The notes: a model not told the origin generated them from the letters alone. Shown: positions 1 through 12,457, counted from the stretch's first letter. The stretch is 64,000 nt of DNA from Macrostomum lignano (GCA_002269645.1 NIVC01002468.1:1-64000); one strand, 5' to 3'. Numbers and translations: made by a program.

Positions 1-56
1 AATAACAAATGACACGCGATCTAATTTATATCATACACGCTCATAAAAAATCAAAC

Positions 57-350
57 CTTCAGAGGCTGAACAAGCAGCGCTGTCTGGATGAACGACAGCA
101 CAAAGGACAGCAGCCACTGCTGCGACTTCTCCTGCCCCCACTGCATCGCGTAGAACACCAGAAACACGCCAGCCCCAACCATGCTGCCGAGAACCAAAGC
201 CCAGCCGATGTACTGGAACCAGTACGGCAAGGTGAATCGCTTTGGGTGCGAACCGGAACCCTTCTTCACCAGCGGTGTGTTGGCGGGATTCTCTGTGTAG
301 TTGTTCGCTCGTCCGCTCAAGTCCTCGGAGGTTCGGAACACTTGCATAGT
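57..350 (-). CDS. PKD1-like exon: transmembrane segments (TM4-TM5 region)
   Basis: Translation includes TLPYWFQYIGWALVLGSMVGAGVFLVFYAMQWGQEKSQQWLLSFVLSFIQTALLVQPLK, a typical polycystin-1-family motif. Acceptor AG at 351-352, donor GT at 55-56. Confidence 0.9.
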
Positions 351-412
351 CTAAAATTTGAGTAAAGCCATTAGGTTTTCTAAAAAACTGAATGACTCAT
401 CAAGTGTCTGAC

Positions 413-914
413 CTCATCATTAAAGTGTTCAGTAGTCAGTGCATCGTCGGTATTTTCTACAGTTGTTGAAAGAATGACGTCCGCGGGTTCATCGTTCTCT
501 GGCTCCGGCTTTCGCTCCGACTTTAGAAAGAATATTGTAACCGCTGCAGAAACGGGAATGACTACGAGGCCTCCCATGATGGAGGTGAAGAGAGTGTTGA
601 TTGACAGCTTGATGGGCCCGATGGAGATCGTGTCAGAAGCAGCCTGGCTTTCTTCACCTACGCCGTAGAACATGGCGTTGGAAATCATGGTCATGAACAG
701 CAGGCAGAAGCACACCCCGAAGCGCTGCAGGCGGCTGAAGTTTGTGTCTGTATCGCGCTTGAAGACGGACATCCACAGGTGGTCGTCTTGAAACTTGCGC
801 TGCAAGTTGAGCTTCACAAAGCGAGGCTGGAACGCCAGAAGCCCCTTGGTCGCCAGTTTCAGAATCACCGGCGGATCGAAGCCGACAATCGGCTCCGAGT
901 TGACAAACACGTAC
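413..914 (-). CDS. PKD1-like exon: post-PLAT region with TM2-TM3
   Basis: DHLWMSVFKRDTDTNFSRLQRFGVCFCLLFMTMISNAMFYG and a second hydrophobic segment LFTSIMGGLVVIPVSAAVTIFF. Splice phases agree with the neighbouring exons. Confidence 0.9.
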
Positions 915-985
915 CTGGCAATCATGAGCGAACAGTTACGGGCTTCATCGCTGTTTTTCGGATTGCTAAACATTTGACTACTCAC

Positions 986-1381
986 GTGGCATTGTACAGC
1001 TGGTCTGTGATGACAATCTTTCTCAGCGTCCATGGAAACACTGGGCGGTGCCTTCCAGAGTAACACTAAGCTGCATGATGTCGCCCAAATGCTTTGCGGT
1101 TGTCATGGTAAAGTGATCGATGTCACCAGATCGAAGGTTCTAACATGAACAAAGAATGTGTTGAATAATTCTATTTCCCACAGTACGATTCTACCAAAAT
1201 TAAAATTGCTCACCTCGCGAACTCCATCGGAGAGGATCCTGCAGGCTTCTATGTGGTTTCTTCCGACAATGCTCAACAACGGAGTTCCCGTTGTGCTGCA
1301 GCCCTTGTACTTGTCGGTGTACACATCCATCAGGTAGCTGAACTGCCGCTGACAGTCGTCAACGAGCGGCAAGTGTTTGAA
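986..1381 (-). CDS. PKD1-like PLAT/LH2 domain exons (1214-1381 and 986-1139), with a 1-nt frameshift in the second exon
   Basis: YLMDVYTDKYKGCSTTGTPLLSIVG, then NLRSGDIDHFTMTTAKHLGDI in one frame and PWTLRKIVITD in another. Exon 986-1139 is 154 nt, but the flanking splice phases require 155. Confidence 0.85.
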
Positions 1382-1447
1382 CTGAAAAATCAAATCGAAA
1401 GTCAATCACTTCAGCGAGACAAACAGCGAAACGAAGACTCAACTCAC

Positions 1448-2541
1448 CTTCTCCAAGTCTTTCTTGTCAACGTGGCGAAGCCACACGGCTATGGGAATGA
1501 AGATGATCCACAGCGTGACGACCGTAGCAACCACAGCCGCGCTGTCAGCCAGTTTGCCCTGCCAGTTCTCGAACAGTGTCCCGAAGTCAATAAGATTCGG
1601 CAGAACATTCAGTCCGACACCGAAGCTGCCAAACAAGTTGCTGACGAATCGAGGCTTGCTGGCAACAGAGCTGGGCTCAGGCCGGCACACATCCTCCGAC
1701 GGTGTGATCCAGACGCCAAGGCTTGAGTCCCACATGCTGCACACAAACAGAGATAGACCGAACTCGTAGGACAAGACTGGGTCTGGGCACGAGGCGGCTG
1801 TCACATCTCCGCTGGCGTCTCGATTGCAATCTGCTCGACCCACGGCAATGAAGTAGCTCTCGTTTACCGCTGCCGGCAGGTAGAAAGAGCCCTGACTCAC
1901 ATTCAGCATGCTGTCGGTGAGTGTTGGCAGGCGTCCGAGCTGTACAGATACCTTCAAGTTCTGCTTTTGGTTTAGTGGCAAGACCGTCACCTGCAGCAGC
2001 CCACTTGTCACATTGACGCTATGATAGAACCTCAGCCAGCGATCTGTGGGAGTCGCATTCACCACTATTCTGGATCCTGTTGTAGCAGGAAGAGAGAACT
2101 CAAAAGAATCCGTGGTGTCGATGGCTCTTCTAGTCCGACAGCCCTGCTTTCCAATCATAAGAACAGGTGAGCTGACACTGTTTTCGTTCTGCCAGAGATA
2201 AGGACTCGGTCGAGAGAACAAAACCTTCACTGACTCGCAGCCAGCAGTGCTGGGCAAGACTACTTCTCCAAAACTCGATTGAAAAGTGACGTTCTCAGTC
2301 CCACTGCCGTTCAATTTGAGGCCTTGAGCTGATAGCGAGTCGTCTGATATTGAGTACGTACTTGACGAGTTTAGCAGAGTGTCAGTGACGCTATCGATGG
2401 CTGCAAGGACCGTCTCCGTTACTCGCTTTACTTTGCTCTGAGCTTCCGTATCATTGTGACTGGATCCGTTCACTGACGCAGCAGAAGAGTTCACGGTGCT
2501 TTCTGAGGCTACCCAGATGTTTGATCCGGTCAAGACGATGT
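1448..2541 (-). CDS. PKD1-like exon: GAIN domain, GPS-like motif and TM1
   Basis: CSMWDSSLGVW...C...SNLFGSFGVGLNVLPNLIDF followed by the hydrophobic AVVATVVTLWIIFIPIAVW and LRHVDKKD, matching the GPS-PN.IDF-TM1-DxxD layout of the PKD1 family. Confidence 0.9.
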
Positions 2542-2617
2542 CTGAAATCGGCGAAAAGTCGAATACACGTCAGCTGTTTTGAGTGCAACCTCAAACAAAA
2601 ATGTCATGCGAGTCTTA

Positions 2618-3996
2618 CCTGGTCCGAGAAAGGCTCTTGAGTCAGCCGGGATTTTGTCGCCGATGCGGCCAAAGCTGTGACTGATTTCTGATAGCTTCTC
2701 GGCTGCACTCTCCTGAAAAAGGAATAGCAAAAAGTAAGCAATGTTCTGATTACAATTTGTACCATTAGAGCTGCTGTTTGGTTACCTGAGACTCGACTGT
2801 GACCTGATTGATTCTGTCTACAGGGATCGCGTTTTTCAAAGCATAATTCACTTGCTCAAGATCTTCAGGTGTGTCCACAGAGAAATTGGCAATTATTGAA
2901 ATCATATTTGCTCTTAGCTGGAAAGAAGTGGCAGTGGAAAGTAATAGTTTTAATGCGGAACATACATTTCAAGGAATCAGTTTATTTATGCACAATTTTC
3001 CGATGTCGTACCTCAGTCATTATGTTTTGAAAAACTGCAGTCTCCTCAGATGTAGCATTTGACCCCTCGGCGTCGTCGTTCTCAGCATTCATCACGGATG
3101 CCAGGCACACGATGGTGGTGGCAGCCGCCTGCTGGTTTCCACTTCGCAAATGCTTCTCCAAGTCGTCGTTGGATCCATCGAAAATTGCGGTCAAGTTTTC
3201 AAGCAATACGCTCGCGGGGATCGGAGGTGGATAAACCTATCAAGGGATCAACGACGCCAAAAATTATTGTCAGAATCCAATATAAGCTACTTGAGTATGG
3301 TTTACAGCATCGTCACTTACAAATACGTCAAATACAAAGGCGATCTTATCTCCGATGCTGTCAATAACGTTGATGTAAGCGTCAGACCTGAATCCATGAG
3401 AGCCAGAACCAACTGGCAGCAGAACTGGCGGTGAAATGGCTGCTGGTCCATAAAACAACAGAATGGTTCGCCGAGTTCCTTTTGGTCGAATTCGATATTC
3501 GTAGGTGAGTTTATTGGAGGTTACGTTGAACTCCTGCCAGCCCCAGCATGAGATCTGATATTCGGTGATCATCGCGTAGCCAAAGTTCGGCTGAATGGTG
3601 CAGTTGCCTCCACTGGCCGGCTTGTTAACAACAAAGATTTTGCTTACTGTGACCGGACCCTCCTGTCCGAAGCTGGATGCAGACACTTGATGAGGTACGC
3701 CACACCCAGGGTCATTGTGTTGGCCTTTCGAACCAGAGTGTTGTTGGCGAAACCTAAGCAAAATCGGATTTAGTTTTTGGTTTAAATGTTTCTTAATCCT
3801 GGGAACAGCTGTACTGCTAAAACTTACCTGAGTCTGTAACAAGTTGCAGATTGTCGAAATGATTAGCCGTCAGCTGTCTCATTGCCTAGTCAAAGGAAAG
3901 GCCCGAAAACTTGGTCCCACAATGGGATAAGCAGTCGGCCTGGTACACCAATGGCGCTGAACCGCCCACTTTCTCGGCACAGTTGCTCACGCATCT
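2618..3996 (-). CDS. PKD1-like REJ C-terminal and post-REJ exons (contain an in-frame TAG and a 1-nt frameshift)
   Basis: Exon ~3826-3996 reads CVSNCAEKVGG..CLSHC..SFD*AM (TAG at 3886-3888 where REJ has a conserved W). The next exon, from 3753, reads GFANNTLVRKANTMTLGVAYLIK and then shifts frame to VSASS..VVNKPASGGNCTIQPNFGYAMITEYQISCWGW. Confidence 0.75.
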
Positions 3997-4498
3997 AAAA
4001 ATCAAATTTAGCGCAAGCCAGTAATCAACTTTAATTTCATTGGTAGACACATTGGGGTGGCCTTGGGGGTTCCCTGTCAGCCACCCGATTCCGCTTATCG
4101 TCTAGTGTGCAGCCACCCCACTCCCGGTATGTACATTTTAACGTCAGTTTAATGTCGGTAAAAACCGATCGGCCAAAGTTATAAACTAAGATGCCAAGGT
4201 TTATTGGTGGAATTGTCGAGAGGTCAAGGCTTATGGCGGCAAATGCTAAGATATCGAGGCTTACTGAAGGTAAGGCTGAGATCTCAAGGCTTACGGGGGA
4301 ATCGCAAATATTTCAAGGCTTGAAGGAATTGCTAAGATATCGAGGCAAATAGGATACACAGTAATAATTTTCGTCTATTGGTCGCCCCGAAGGGAGGCCC
4401 AAGGCCAAGATTGCTAGTCAATCAACTTTGATCAATAGTGCAACACGATAAGAAACCATTTTATGGGCTTTACTCGACCAATAAAGCACATAACTTAC

Positions 4499-7400
4499 GA
4501 AACTCTTAAAGATGCTTGTTTTTGAGGGCTGACATAAATGTTCCAGTCAGCATTGGCTGTACGCCCGTCCTTGGTCAAAAGTGTTCGAACAATATAGATA
4601 TAGTTTGGAAGCATGTGAAAAGTGTCAAGAACCGCCGTGGCTGATTCATTCTGCTCCATGAAGATTCCAATGCCGTTGCCAAAGCAGCCAGAATATCCTT
4701 CAAGATCTTGGCTCACAGGAATGCTAATCCGAGTTTCCACATTGTCAGGAAGTGACGGCAGCTCCGCCTCCTGCAGACAAATCCAGCGAAACGCCATGCC
4801 CGTCAGATTCCCAGCCTCAACGTCCCAGTCCCGAGGCGACAGCTTCAGCCTGACAGTTTCGTTGTAGGCAGCGGAGGCCGGTGTTGACTCATTGTTGAAG
4901 CTCAGCGTCAGAGGTGTCTCCGTGATTTTGAGGTAAAACGCGAACTCTGCAGAGACCGGAGGCGTCACGGCAAACATGGATAGGTTGAGTACAATCTTGT
5001 ACAGACCATACCAGAGTGTGCGGTTGGGAACCTGCAGCAGAAATGAGTTACCGAGACTCAGGCTGACTTCAGCTCCGGCTGCATACAGAACTCGCCAGCG
5101 CCAATACGTGTTGCTTGTCTTCGTGCAGTTCAACTCCGGAAGACCCTCTACAACGATCTCTTGGGACCTCATCAGCTGCAGAGGCCTCTCGGGATCCCAC
5201 TGGGTCAGAATCCGACCAGCATGAGAAAAGTTCAGTTTTGGTTTGTCGCACATCCAGTCGAGTATAATTGCCAGAGTTTCGGCCGTGTCGTTGCTGACGT
5301 GGTTGAATGCTAGCAGAGAAGCCGAGAAGCCACCAAGACTTGGATAAACGTGAGAAAACGAAAACAACGTGTTGTTGTAACAAATTTCAGTAAAATTGAT
5401 GCCCCGAGTAGCAGAGTAGGGCTGACACAAAAATGGAATGCCAAAGCTGATTGATGTAGAGTCTCCAAAATCTACGACAAAACAGCTGTTTGTGCCGAAT
5501 CTGGTGATGTTTAAGAAGAAGAAAGTCGCGTTCGATATGAAGGCCGAGCCGTTCGTTTTGAAGCTTTCGACTATGACAGCATCGAGCACAATGTCTACAG
5601 AGATCGGAAGCGTTTGGAAGGAGATGAGGTTGGAGCAGTTCAGACTAAAGTTTTGCAATCACAAGGCAGCTCTGGGAAACGAGTGAGACAAGGCGACGTC
5701 CGCACTGAACCCAATCGTGTCGGCGTAGATATAGCTGGAGCCAAATATGTCCCAACTGAACACGCAATGCACATTGCTCAGTGAAAGCAGGGAGTTCGAC
5801 AGTCGAAAGTGCACCTCAGCAGGTGTGTACAACACGCTAGAGTTGTACTCCAGTGTCAGACCTCGAACTCTCTCCTGAACCACAACGGGACCGAGCGACA
5901 CCGTCTTGTTGCTGACGTCATTCCAGACAGACACTCGCGTAGTGAAGTTGCCGACACTTGGAAACTTCAGCTCAACAGTACCCAGGTGTCCCAAAGCTGC
6001 TATGCGGCCGTCACCAAAGTCGACGCCGACCCGTAGAGCAGATCCGGTGACTACCGAGACGGTGAAGTTTCCAGCTTCCGCTTTGACCAGGACCGTGGGA
6101 CCGGTGAATATCAGACCACTCACTGCCTCCTGACAACGCACTTTTACATTCGGAGCATGTAGAATGGACACCAAATTCCAGCAGGTTACTTGCACCGGCT
6201 CCGGTCCTTGAAGGAGACTCCTTGAACACGCGAGCGGCAGCTGAGTTGACACTTCTGATATCGAGAGTTGTGTTGATATGCTTCCGAACACGAAGCTGCA
6301 ATTTGCATTTGTTGGTAGTGGCTCAGGGTGACTCAGTGTGGCGCTCACGTTTGTGACAGACAGCTCCAGGAATGTCGGGGCTTGTACAGTCAGTGACTGG
6401 ACTGGATTCTGGACTAAGACACCGAGCGTCACGGCCTCAGATCGAGTGTGATAGTTGGCGGCGAACGCTGTCAGTTGGTAATAGCCTGGTATGTGAAAGC
6501 TCATGTTGAAAACATCTGCAGCTGCCCAGGCAAACGGATGCTGATCTTCTAAATGTACCGAGCTGCCGTTTCCAAAGTCTAGCTGATATGTCACGTGACT
6601 ACCGGTGCCAACAGAGAAAGTTAGCGAGAAGCTGCGGTTTGTAGCAACGACAGAATGGCTTGAACTGAAGTGAAAGTTTGTCACGTTCTCCTGCAGAATC
6701 ACATAGAAAGAGGCGGTGTGAACGGACAAGCGGTTCCAACAGGAGACATTCGCCACCGCGGATGGAGCATCGAGTGGGAAGATTATGAATTCGTCATGGC
6801 TAACAGTTGGCCGAAGAGTCGTTGTGATGTTAAGCTGCTGGACTCCAGGCTGCAACACGGCAGTGCAGAAGATTGGCAGATTTGACACTGCAGTGCCGCG
6901 CATCATGTCAAGGCGAAGAGTAGCGTTGAGTGGCGCTGCTGTGGGAACGTAAACCAGAAGCAGCCTGAGATAGTCGACGAGTTGAGGCGCGACCTCCACA
7001 TCTTTGAAGGATTTCCAGTCCCCTGTGCCATTGCCGATCGTGCATTGAAAGTCAAACAGGCCGACGTCTTCTTCAAATGAAAAAGAAAGTTCAGTAGAGT
7101 GAGCAAGAAAGTTGCTCGTGTGTCCAGCAGCTACCCAGTTCCAGTGCTGCTTTTGTCCGTTACTGAAGTTGGCAACCAACTGCAGACCTGAGCCTTGATG
7201 CCACGATGCAGTCACTTTAAATGTCTCATTGAGTGACAGCAAAGGCTTGGACACTTCGCATGTAGCATTGAGAAGCGGAACTTCAGAGCAGGACAGATTT
7301 CCAATGATTGAGGCGCAACCAATGTTGTTGGATAGGTCGCTTTCCGTATAGGAAGGCCCGGAGCTTTCATTGAAAACTGCACACAAACGGGTAATGTCGG

Positions 7401-8658
7401 GACAGCTTGATTCAGAGACATTGAAGATGTAGCTGCAATTTACGATGCTGAAATTCGAGAGGCCCTGACGCAGTTGGTCTGGCTGACAGAAAGCGGTCTT
7501 TGGCATCTCAAGCGCATTCAGAGAAAAACCGGATGTCAAAAACGCAACCGGCTCAAAATTTGTTCGTGGTGGTGGAACTTCAGCTACTGGCAGTCCAAGG
7601 CTTAGATGCAGTAAGTATGTGACAGTCAGGTGCACAGGGTAGCGATGAATCCATGTGCTGTTTCTCATTCTAAAGTTCACGCTGAGCAACTCTGTGTCTG
7701 CAGTAAGACTGCAGTTTCGAGGCAGTTCTGTACACGCTGCGCCGTTCTCTGGCGAAGCCATGACGAAACTACCGTTAGTAGTTCCTACGTATGTTCCAGT
7801 GCAGACATAGGGAAAAAGTTCGCAAGTGGCCAAGTCAAGATTTGTCTGCGCACTCAGCCTGACGCCAGCGGCCTCGCCAGGATGCACAGAATCTCCAGAT
7901 GTCAGGTTGGCAGGTAAACTCAAATTTAGCATTAAGCATGAGGAGGCAATGCAGCTGGTGTTCAAGCTACAGTTGCTGCGGCAGAGAAATAGGACTGGTT
8001 CCAGCTGTGGAAGTGAAATAATAATTTTTAATAATTTAAATAATCTATAACATCGCACAAAAGTATGAAATTTATCTCTTACTTGAAAGTTTGCATCCGG
8101 CAGGGTCACCGCGGCCACGTGAAAGGGACTGGATGGGCTGAGGATGAGCACTGACTCAAAAATCAGAAACTCCTGAGTTGATCGAGTAATCACCGGAGGG
8201 CTTATCAGATGAAGTGAGGCTGAGACATTCAACTCAGGCTGGCACAGCTTGTTGAAAGAGACGCAGGCTTCGTTGTTGTCCAGCTGGTAGTCGACAAACT
8301 CGGAGAAGCTGCCCGGTGCTGCGGACACGCAGACATTTGAGATCTGGTGGCAGATGCTTCCGGCAGGCAGCTTTAGTGTTGCTGTGCACACAACATCGAA
8401 TGTTTCTCCAAGATAGCGTGCAGCACTGAGGTTTCCGCTCACAGCGATCGCTGAGCTGGCGGTGAAGTTCAAGTCGCTGACTGATGAATTAAAGCGGGCG
8501 GTGAGGTCGAAGTTCGTCCTCGGAGACGGAGCGGCCGTCAAGTTTGTGGTGGCGTTGAGAACACGAATTCTGAAGCTGAACGTCAGGTTGGTCGCGATGT
8601 CCCGAACTACTGTCTGGGTAGAGACCAAACTCAGTGAGTTGACTTCGGTGTCCATCAC
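4499..8658 (-). CDS. PKD1-like large exons: Ig-like/PKD repeats and the start of REJ; in-frame TGA at 5659-5661
   Basis: ORFs 5659-8658 and 4495-5658 share a frame and are separated only by TGA. Repeated PKD motifs (YQLDFGNGS, VDFGDGR, VVDFGDST, HVYPSLGGF..AFNHVS). A stop-free 78-nt AT-rich intron (8005-8082, GTAAGA..CCACAG) lies inside the first ORF. Confidence 0.85.
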
Positions 8659-8959
8659 TGGAAAAGAAAATGAGGTTATGAATCACGCATTCTATCACTT
8701 GTAACGAAGCAAAAGCTTGCAGCAATTTGTCCTGAGCCACTTACAAAGTTTGCACAAAGCTTTCCGCATCACGTAGCCAGACTTGCACAAGCACGTCGTA
8801 TTCAACGGTTCTCCGGGTGACAGACACACCGTGTACTTTGCCAGAGTGCAGCTTGCATCCGCGAAGCAAGCATCGTTAATATTTTTAGCTGGAAAAATCG
8901 AGATTAGTTGTAGCTCCTTTGATAATTGTACAAGTTAGGGTAGCAAAAATCAGACTTAC

Positions 8960-9529
8960 GTAAGTGATAATAGGATTTTTGAATGATTCTCATTTGAACC
9001 TGAGCCCCTGACGCGCTGCTCAACGACCATCTGATGGAGTCGGATCGGTTTGAGCCGGCGCTCCCTGTGAGCTTCGTGGCGGGACAGTCGCTGCTGAACC
9101 ACCAGCCGCTGCCACCAGCAGTTGCGCACATCTTTGCGGTGCCGAAGTCGAACGTAGAGAAGGTCGACATGTTCTGAGCTTCGAACAGCTGCCCGTCACC
9201 GAAGTCGGAGGTACAGTCTTCCAACCGGAGCTGAAAGTCCAGAAACGACGGTGCCACTTTGACCTCCCGGCACTCCACATATCGAAAGCTTCCGTCGGAG
9301 ATCCACGCGTCGATCCGCATGGAGAAGTTGACCATGAGTGTCAGATCGCTGAGTGACTGCAGCCCGATCCAAACGAGGTTGTCCATCTCGAAACCAGCCT
9401 GATACTGCGCTATAGAGAAGTTCATCGAGCTGTTCAGGTTGAAGTTTTGATAAATGATCATCCAGTCGTGGTAGCAGTTGATTTTCTTGCTGTCAATGGC
9501 GGTCTCATTGCGACCCACGCATGTCGGTA
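8960..9529 (-). CDS. Fibrinogen C-terminal-like (FReD) domain exon of the PKD1-like gene
   Basis: CYHDWMIIYQ..NF..QYQAGF...VWIGLQSLSDLT..SMRID..FQLRL..FSTFD..CA..GSGWWFSSDCPATKLTG follows FReD consensus spacing. Confidence 0.75.
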
Positions 9530-9619
9530 CTGGAAAAAGCATGTCGAAAGTCATTTAGCACTTTTTTACGCCAAAGAGCAGTTTCGAAAACTATAAATAA
9601 AGAATATATGCCGAAGCAG

Positions 9620-10044
9620 AGGACGACTCACCCTGCAGCACGCTTCCAAATATTTCATATTTAAAACTCAAATCGCTCCGGTAAATTGCAGGCATAATCT
9701 TGGCCTGCTGAGCAACCACTATTGTGCGGGACTGAAGTATCACCACCTGGTTCAGCAGATGCTTTTCGTTTACGGAGAGTCGTGACGTCTGAAACCGATA
9801 GAGGTCATTCATTACTTCGTCCGGTAATTCTCAAAGAGAGATGCAGTTTTTAGCTTACCTGGTTGTCGCTGAGCACAAATGTTGCAGGAAACCAAGTCAT
9901 GGTCTCACCGTCGAAGTACAACAACAGGATGGAGTTGTATGCGAGGGGCTCTCCGTCTACGCGTTTCAGGTTGTTTCCGGCACCAGAGAAGCCTAATCCG
10001 GTGATTCTGACTTGCCTCGACATTGTCACCTGACGGTAGGTCAT
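9620..10044 (-). CDS. F5/8 type C (discoidin)-like exons
   Basis: RITGLGFSG...LLLYFDGETMTW and IVVAQQAKIMPAIYRSDLSFKYEIFG resemble the middle and C-terminal FA58C strands. Confidence 0.55.
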
Positions 10045-10669
10045 GATGGCTTTCTATCTATCTCTATTAACAGTCTATCTTACAGACAAAAAAACGGTCA
10101 ATTACGAGTACCATTATGTAATATCCGTTGAAACACTCCGAAGGTGACAAAGTTGGAGACGACAAGAGCGAATCAGCTGCAGTTCCGTTTGTAGCGTTGG
10201 CTGTGAAAGTAACACTGACGTTCGATGTTTCAGACATCAAGTTCTGCCAGGAATCAGCTGAAATCATTTCAATTTTACCTAACTGTAAGTAAATGCTCAT
10301 ATCTACTGCACATGTCAAGACTCAGAATACGAAAGCGAAGTGACTCACGACGACAGACTTGCTCCACGAAGTGAGTGCCGATTCGCAATACTGCTTGGAA
10401 ACTGATTGACAGAGTGTCCACATTCAGCCCTGTGAAGCTCTCGTGGGAAATCTCCAGGCTCCTGCACCCTCCATCCTGGCACTTCACCAGCGCACTCTGA
10501 ATGCTGTCCACTTGTAAGGACTGGCGGGTGTCGGAGACAATTGAGTAATTGTAGAACACATTGTAGAACGGGTTGGAGCAGCTCAGGTGTTGCAGAACAT
10601 CTGCAATTAATCAAGTCATGGATCTGACCCAGTTCCAATGACAGTCTCTGCATCAACCTAGATCAAGTC

Positions 10670-11190
10670 GGTGAGCTCACCGGCCTCAGTCTGGCACAGG
10701 ATGTGACCTCTGAAGGAGCCGCAGTCAACTGCAGTCCAGGCCTCTTCAGTCAGCCTGGTGGCAGCGCAGGCTCCCGCCACCGAGGGCTCCCCGATGCTCC
10801 AGTGCGCCCAGGCTCCCAGGCTGCTGTTGGTCGCCTCAGATAGCCACTGGCCGCTGCTGGAGTTGAGCACTGCGCCAACGTGAAACCTGAGGTCGCTGGG
10901 CTGCGAGCTGAAGCCGCTGCGGGTGCACAGAGTTGGGTGAGTTTGTCAGTGAGAGGCTGGCATAGTGCTGGGTTAAAGCAATGCGAGCGATTCTGGCATA
11001 CAGCGAGTGATCGATGAAGGCCAGCTTCAGAGCGGTGTAGTCAGCGTATGAAGTAGGCAGGAAGAGGCCGCCAGGCCGGTCCCAGTTGAGGCTGCCGCAG
11101 TAAGCCTTCGCCACTTCGCGCGCGACTCCCGGAGTTCCGTCCGCAGAGTGGTGGCGGCAGCGGCCTTCGAAGTAGTAGAAGTTCACAGGG
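10670..11190 (-). CDS. C-type lectin domain (two exons)
   Basis: CPVNFYYFEGRC..AKAYCGSL, then after a GT-AG intron FHVGAVLNSSSGQW..WAHWSIGEPS..CAA..WTAVDCGSFRGHILCQ. Confidence 0.8.
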
Positions 11191-11472
11191 CAATCTGTAG
11201 AATGGCGCATGTTTGATTGAAATCTTGTGAATAAATGACAGGTAAAAAAGATTTAAAACTGTGGCTTACCTCCCGATGGACAGCCGTATATAGTGTTGAT
11301 GGCCAAATTATGTATCTCAGATGCGTTTCCCAGTATCTTTCCGCTCTTGGCAATAAAAGTTTGATTCAGCCAAATACGGTTTGTACCGTTGATTACGCGG
11401 AAAGTCTAAAAACATCGTTAATAGTGAAGATTGTTTAAATAATCAAGTATAGCGAGTATCGAGTATCTATCG

Positions 11473-12427
11473 AACTCACGGAGATTCACTCAATTAGCCA
11501 TTAGCACAAACTCACGGAGATTCACCCAATTAGCCATTAGCACAAACTCTCACGGAGATCACTCAATTAGCCATTAGCACAAACTCACGGAGATTCACCC
11601 AATTAGCCATTAGCACAAACTCACGGAGATCACTCAATTAGCCATTAGCACAAACTCACGGAGATTCACTCAATTAGCCATTAGCACAAACTCACGGAGA
11701 TTCACCCAATTAGCCATTAGCACAAACTCACGGAGATTCACCCAATTAGCCATTAGCACAAACTCACGGAGATTCACCCAATTAGCCATTAGCACAAACT
11801 CACGGAGATCACTCAATTAGCCATTAGCACAAACTCACGGAGATTCACTCAATTAGCCATTAGCACAAACTCACGGAGATTCACTCAATTAGCCATTAGC
11901 ACAAACTCACGGAGATTCACTCAATTAGCCATTAGCACAAACTCACGGAGATTCACCCAATTAGCCATTAGCACAAACTCACGGAGATCACTCAATTAGC
12001 CATTAGCACAAACTCACGGAGATTCACCCAATTAGCCATTAGCACAAACTCACGGAGATCACTCAATTAGCCATTAGCACAAACTCACGGAGATTCACCC
12101 AATTAGCCATTAGCACAAACTCACGGAGATCACTCAATTAGCCATTAGCACAAACTCACGGAGATTCACCCAATTAGCCATTAGCACAAACTCACGGAGA
12201 TTCACTCAATTAGCCATTAGCACAAACTCACGGAGATTCACCCAATTAGCCATTAGCACAAACTCACGGAGATTCACCCAATTAGCCATTAGCACAAACT
12301 CACGGAGATTCACTCAATTAGCCATTAGCACAAACTCACGGAGATTCACCCAATTAGCCATTAGCACAAACTCACGGAGATTCACTCAATTAGCCATTAG
12401 CACAAACTCACGGAGATTCACTCAATT
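11473..12427. repeat. Intronic minisatellite, 35-36 bp unit (CACAAACTCACGGAGATTCACYCAATTAGCCATTAG), about 26-27 copies
   Basis: Direct head-to-tail repetition with no spacers. Variants differ by C/T and a 1-nt deletion. Confidence 0.97.
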
Positions 12428-12457
12428 TATAGCTACTATCAGTGAAACTGTACTTAC

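Noticed and set aside
5659-5661. Selenocysteine or programmed readthrough at the in-frame TGA
   Set aside because: The position fits a Gly (GGA) of a PKD repeat, the context is not the TGA-CTA readthrough motif, and further lesions follow downstream.
8005-8082. Odd hydrophobic insert (VRDKF..KLLKIIISLPQ) in the 999-aa ORF
   Set aside because: A 78-nt stop-free AT-rich intron with canonical splice sites, not coding sequence.
9-8704. Numerous short plus-strand ORFs opposite the PKD1-like exons (and antisense ORFs over the Gypsy and channel genes)
   Set aside because: Antisense shadows of GC-rich coding sequence with no independent motifs.
10836-11002. Apparent frameshift between the two C-type lectin ORFs
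   Set aside because: Explained by a GT(ATGC)...CTGAC...CCGCAG intron that restores the frame (HSL-GFSSQP).
11473-12427. 36-bp repeats resembling a CRISPR array by unit length
   Set aside because: Units are head-to-tail with no unique spacers, there are no cas genes, and the context is a eukaryotic intron.
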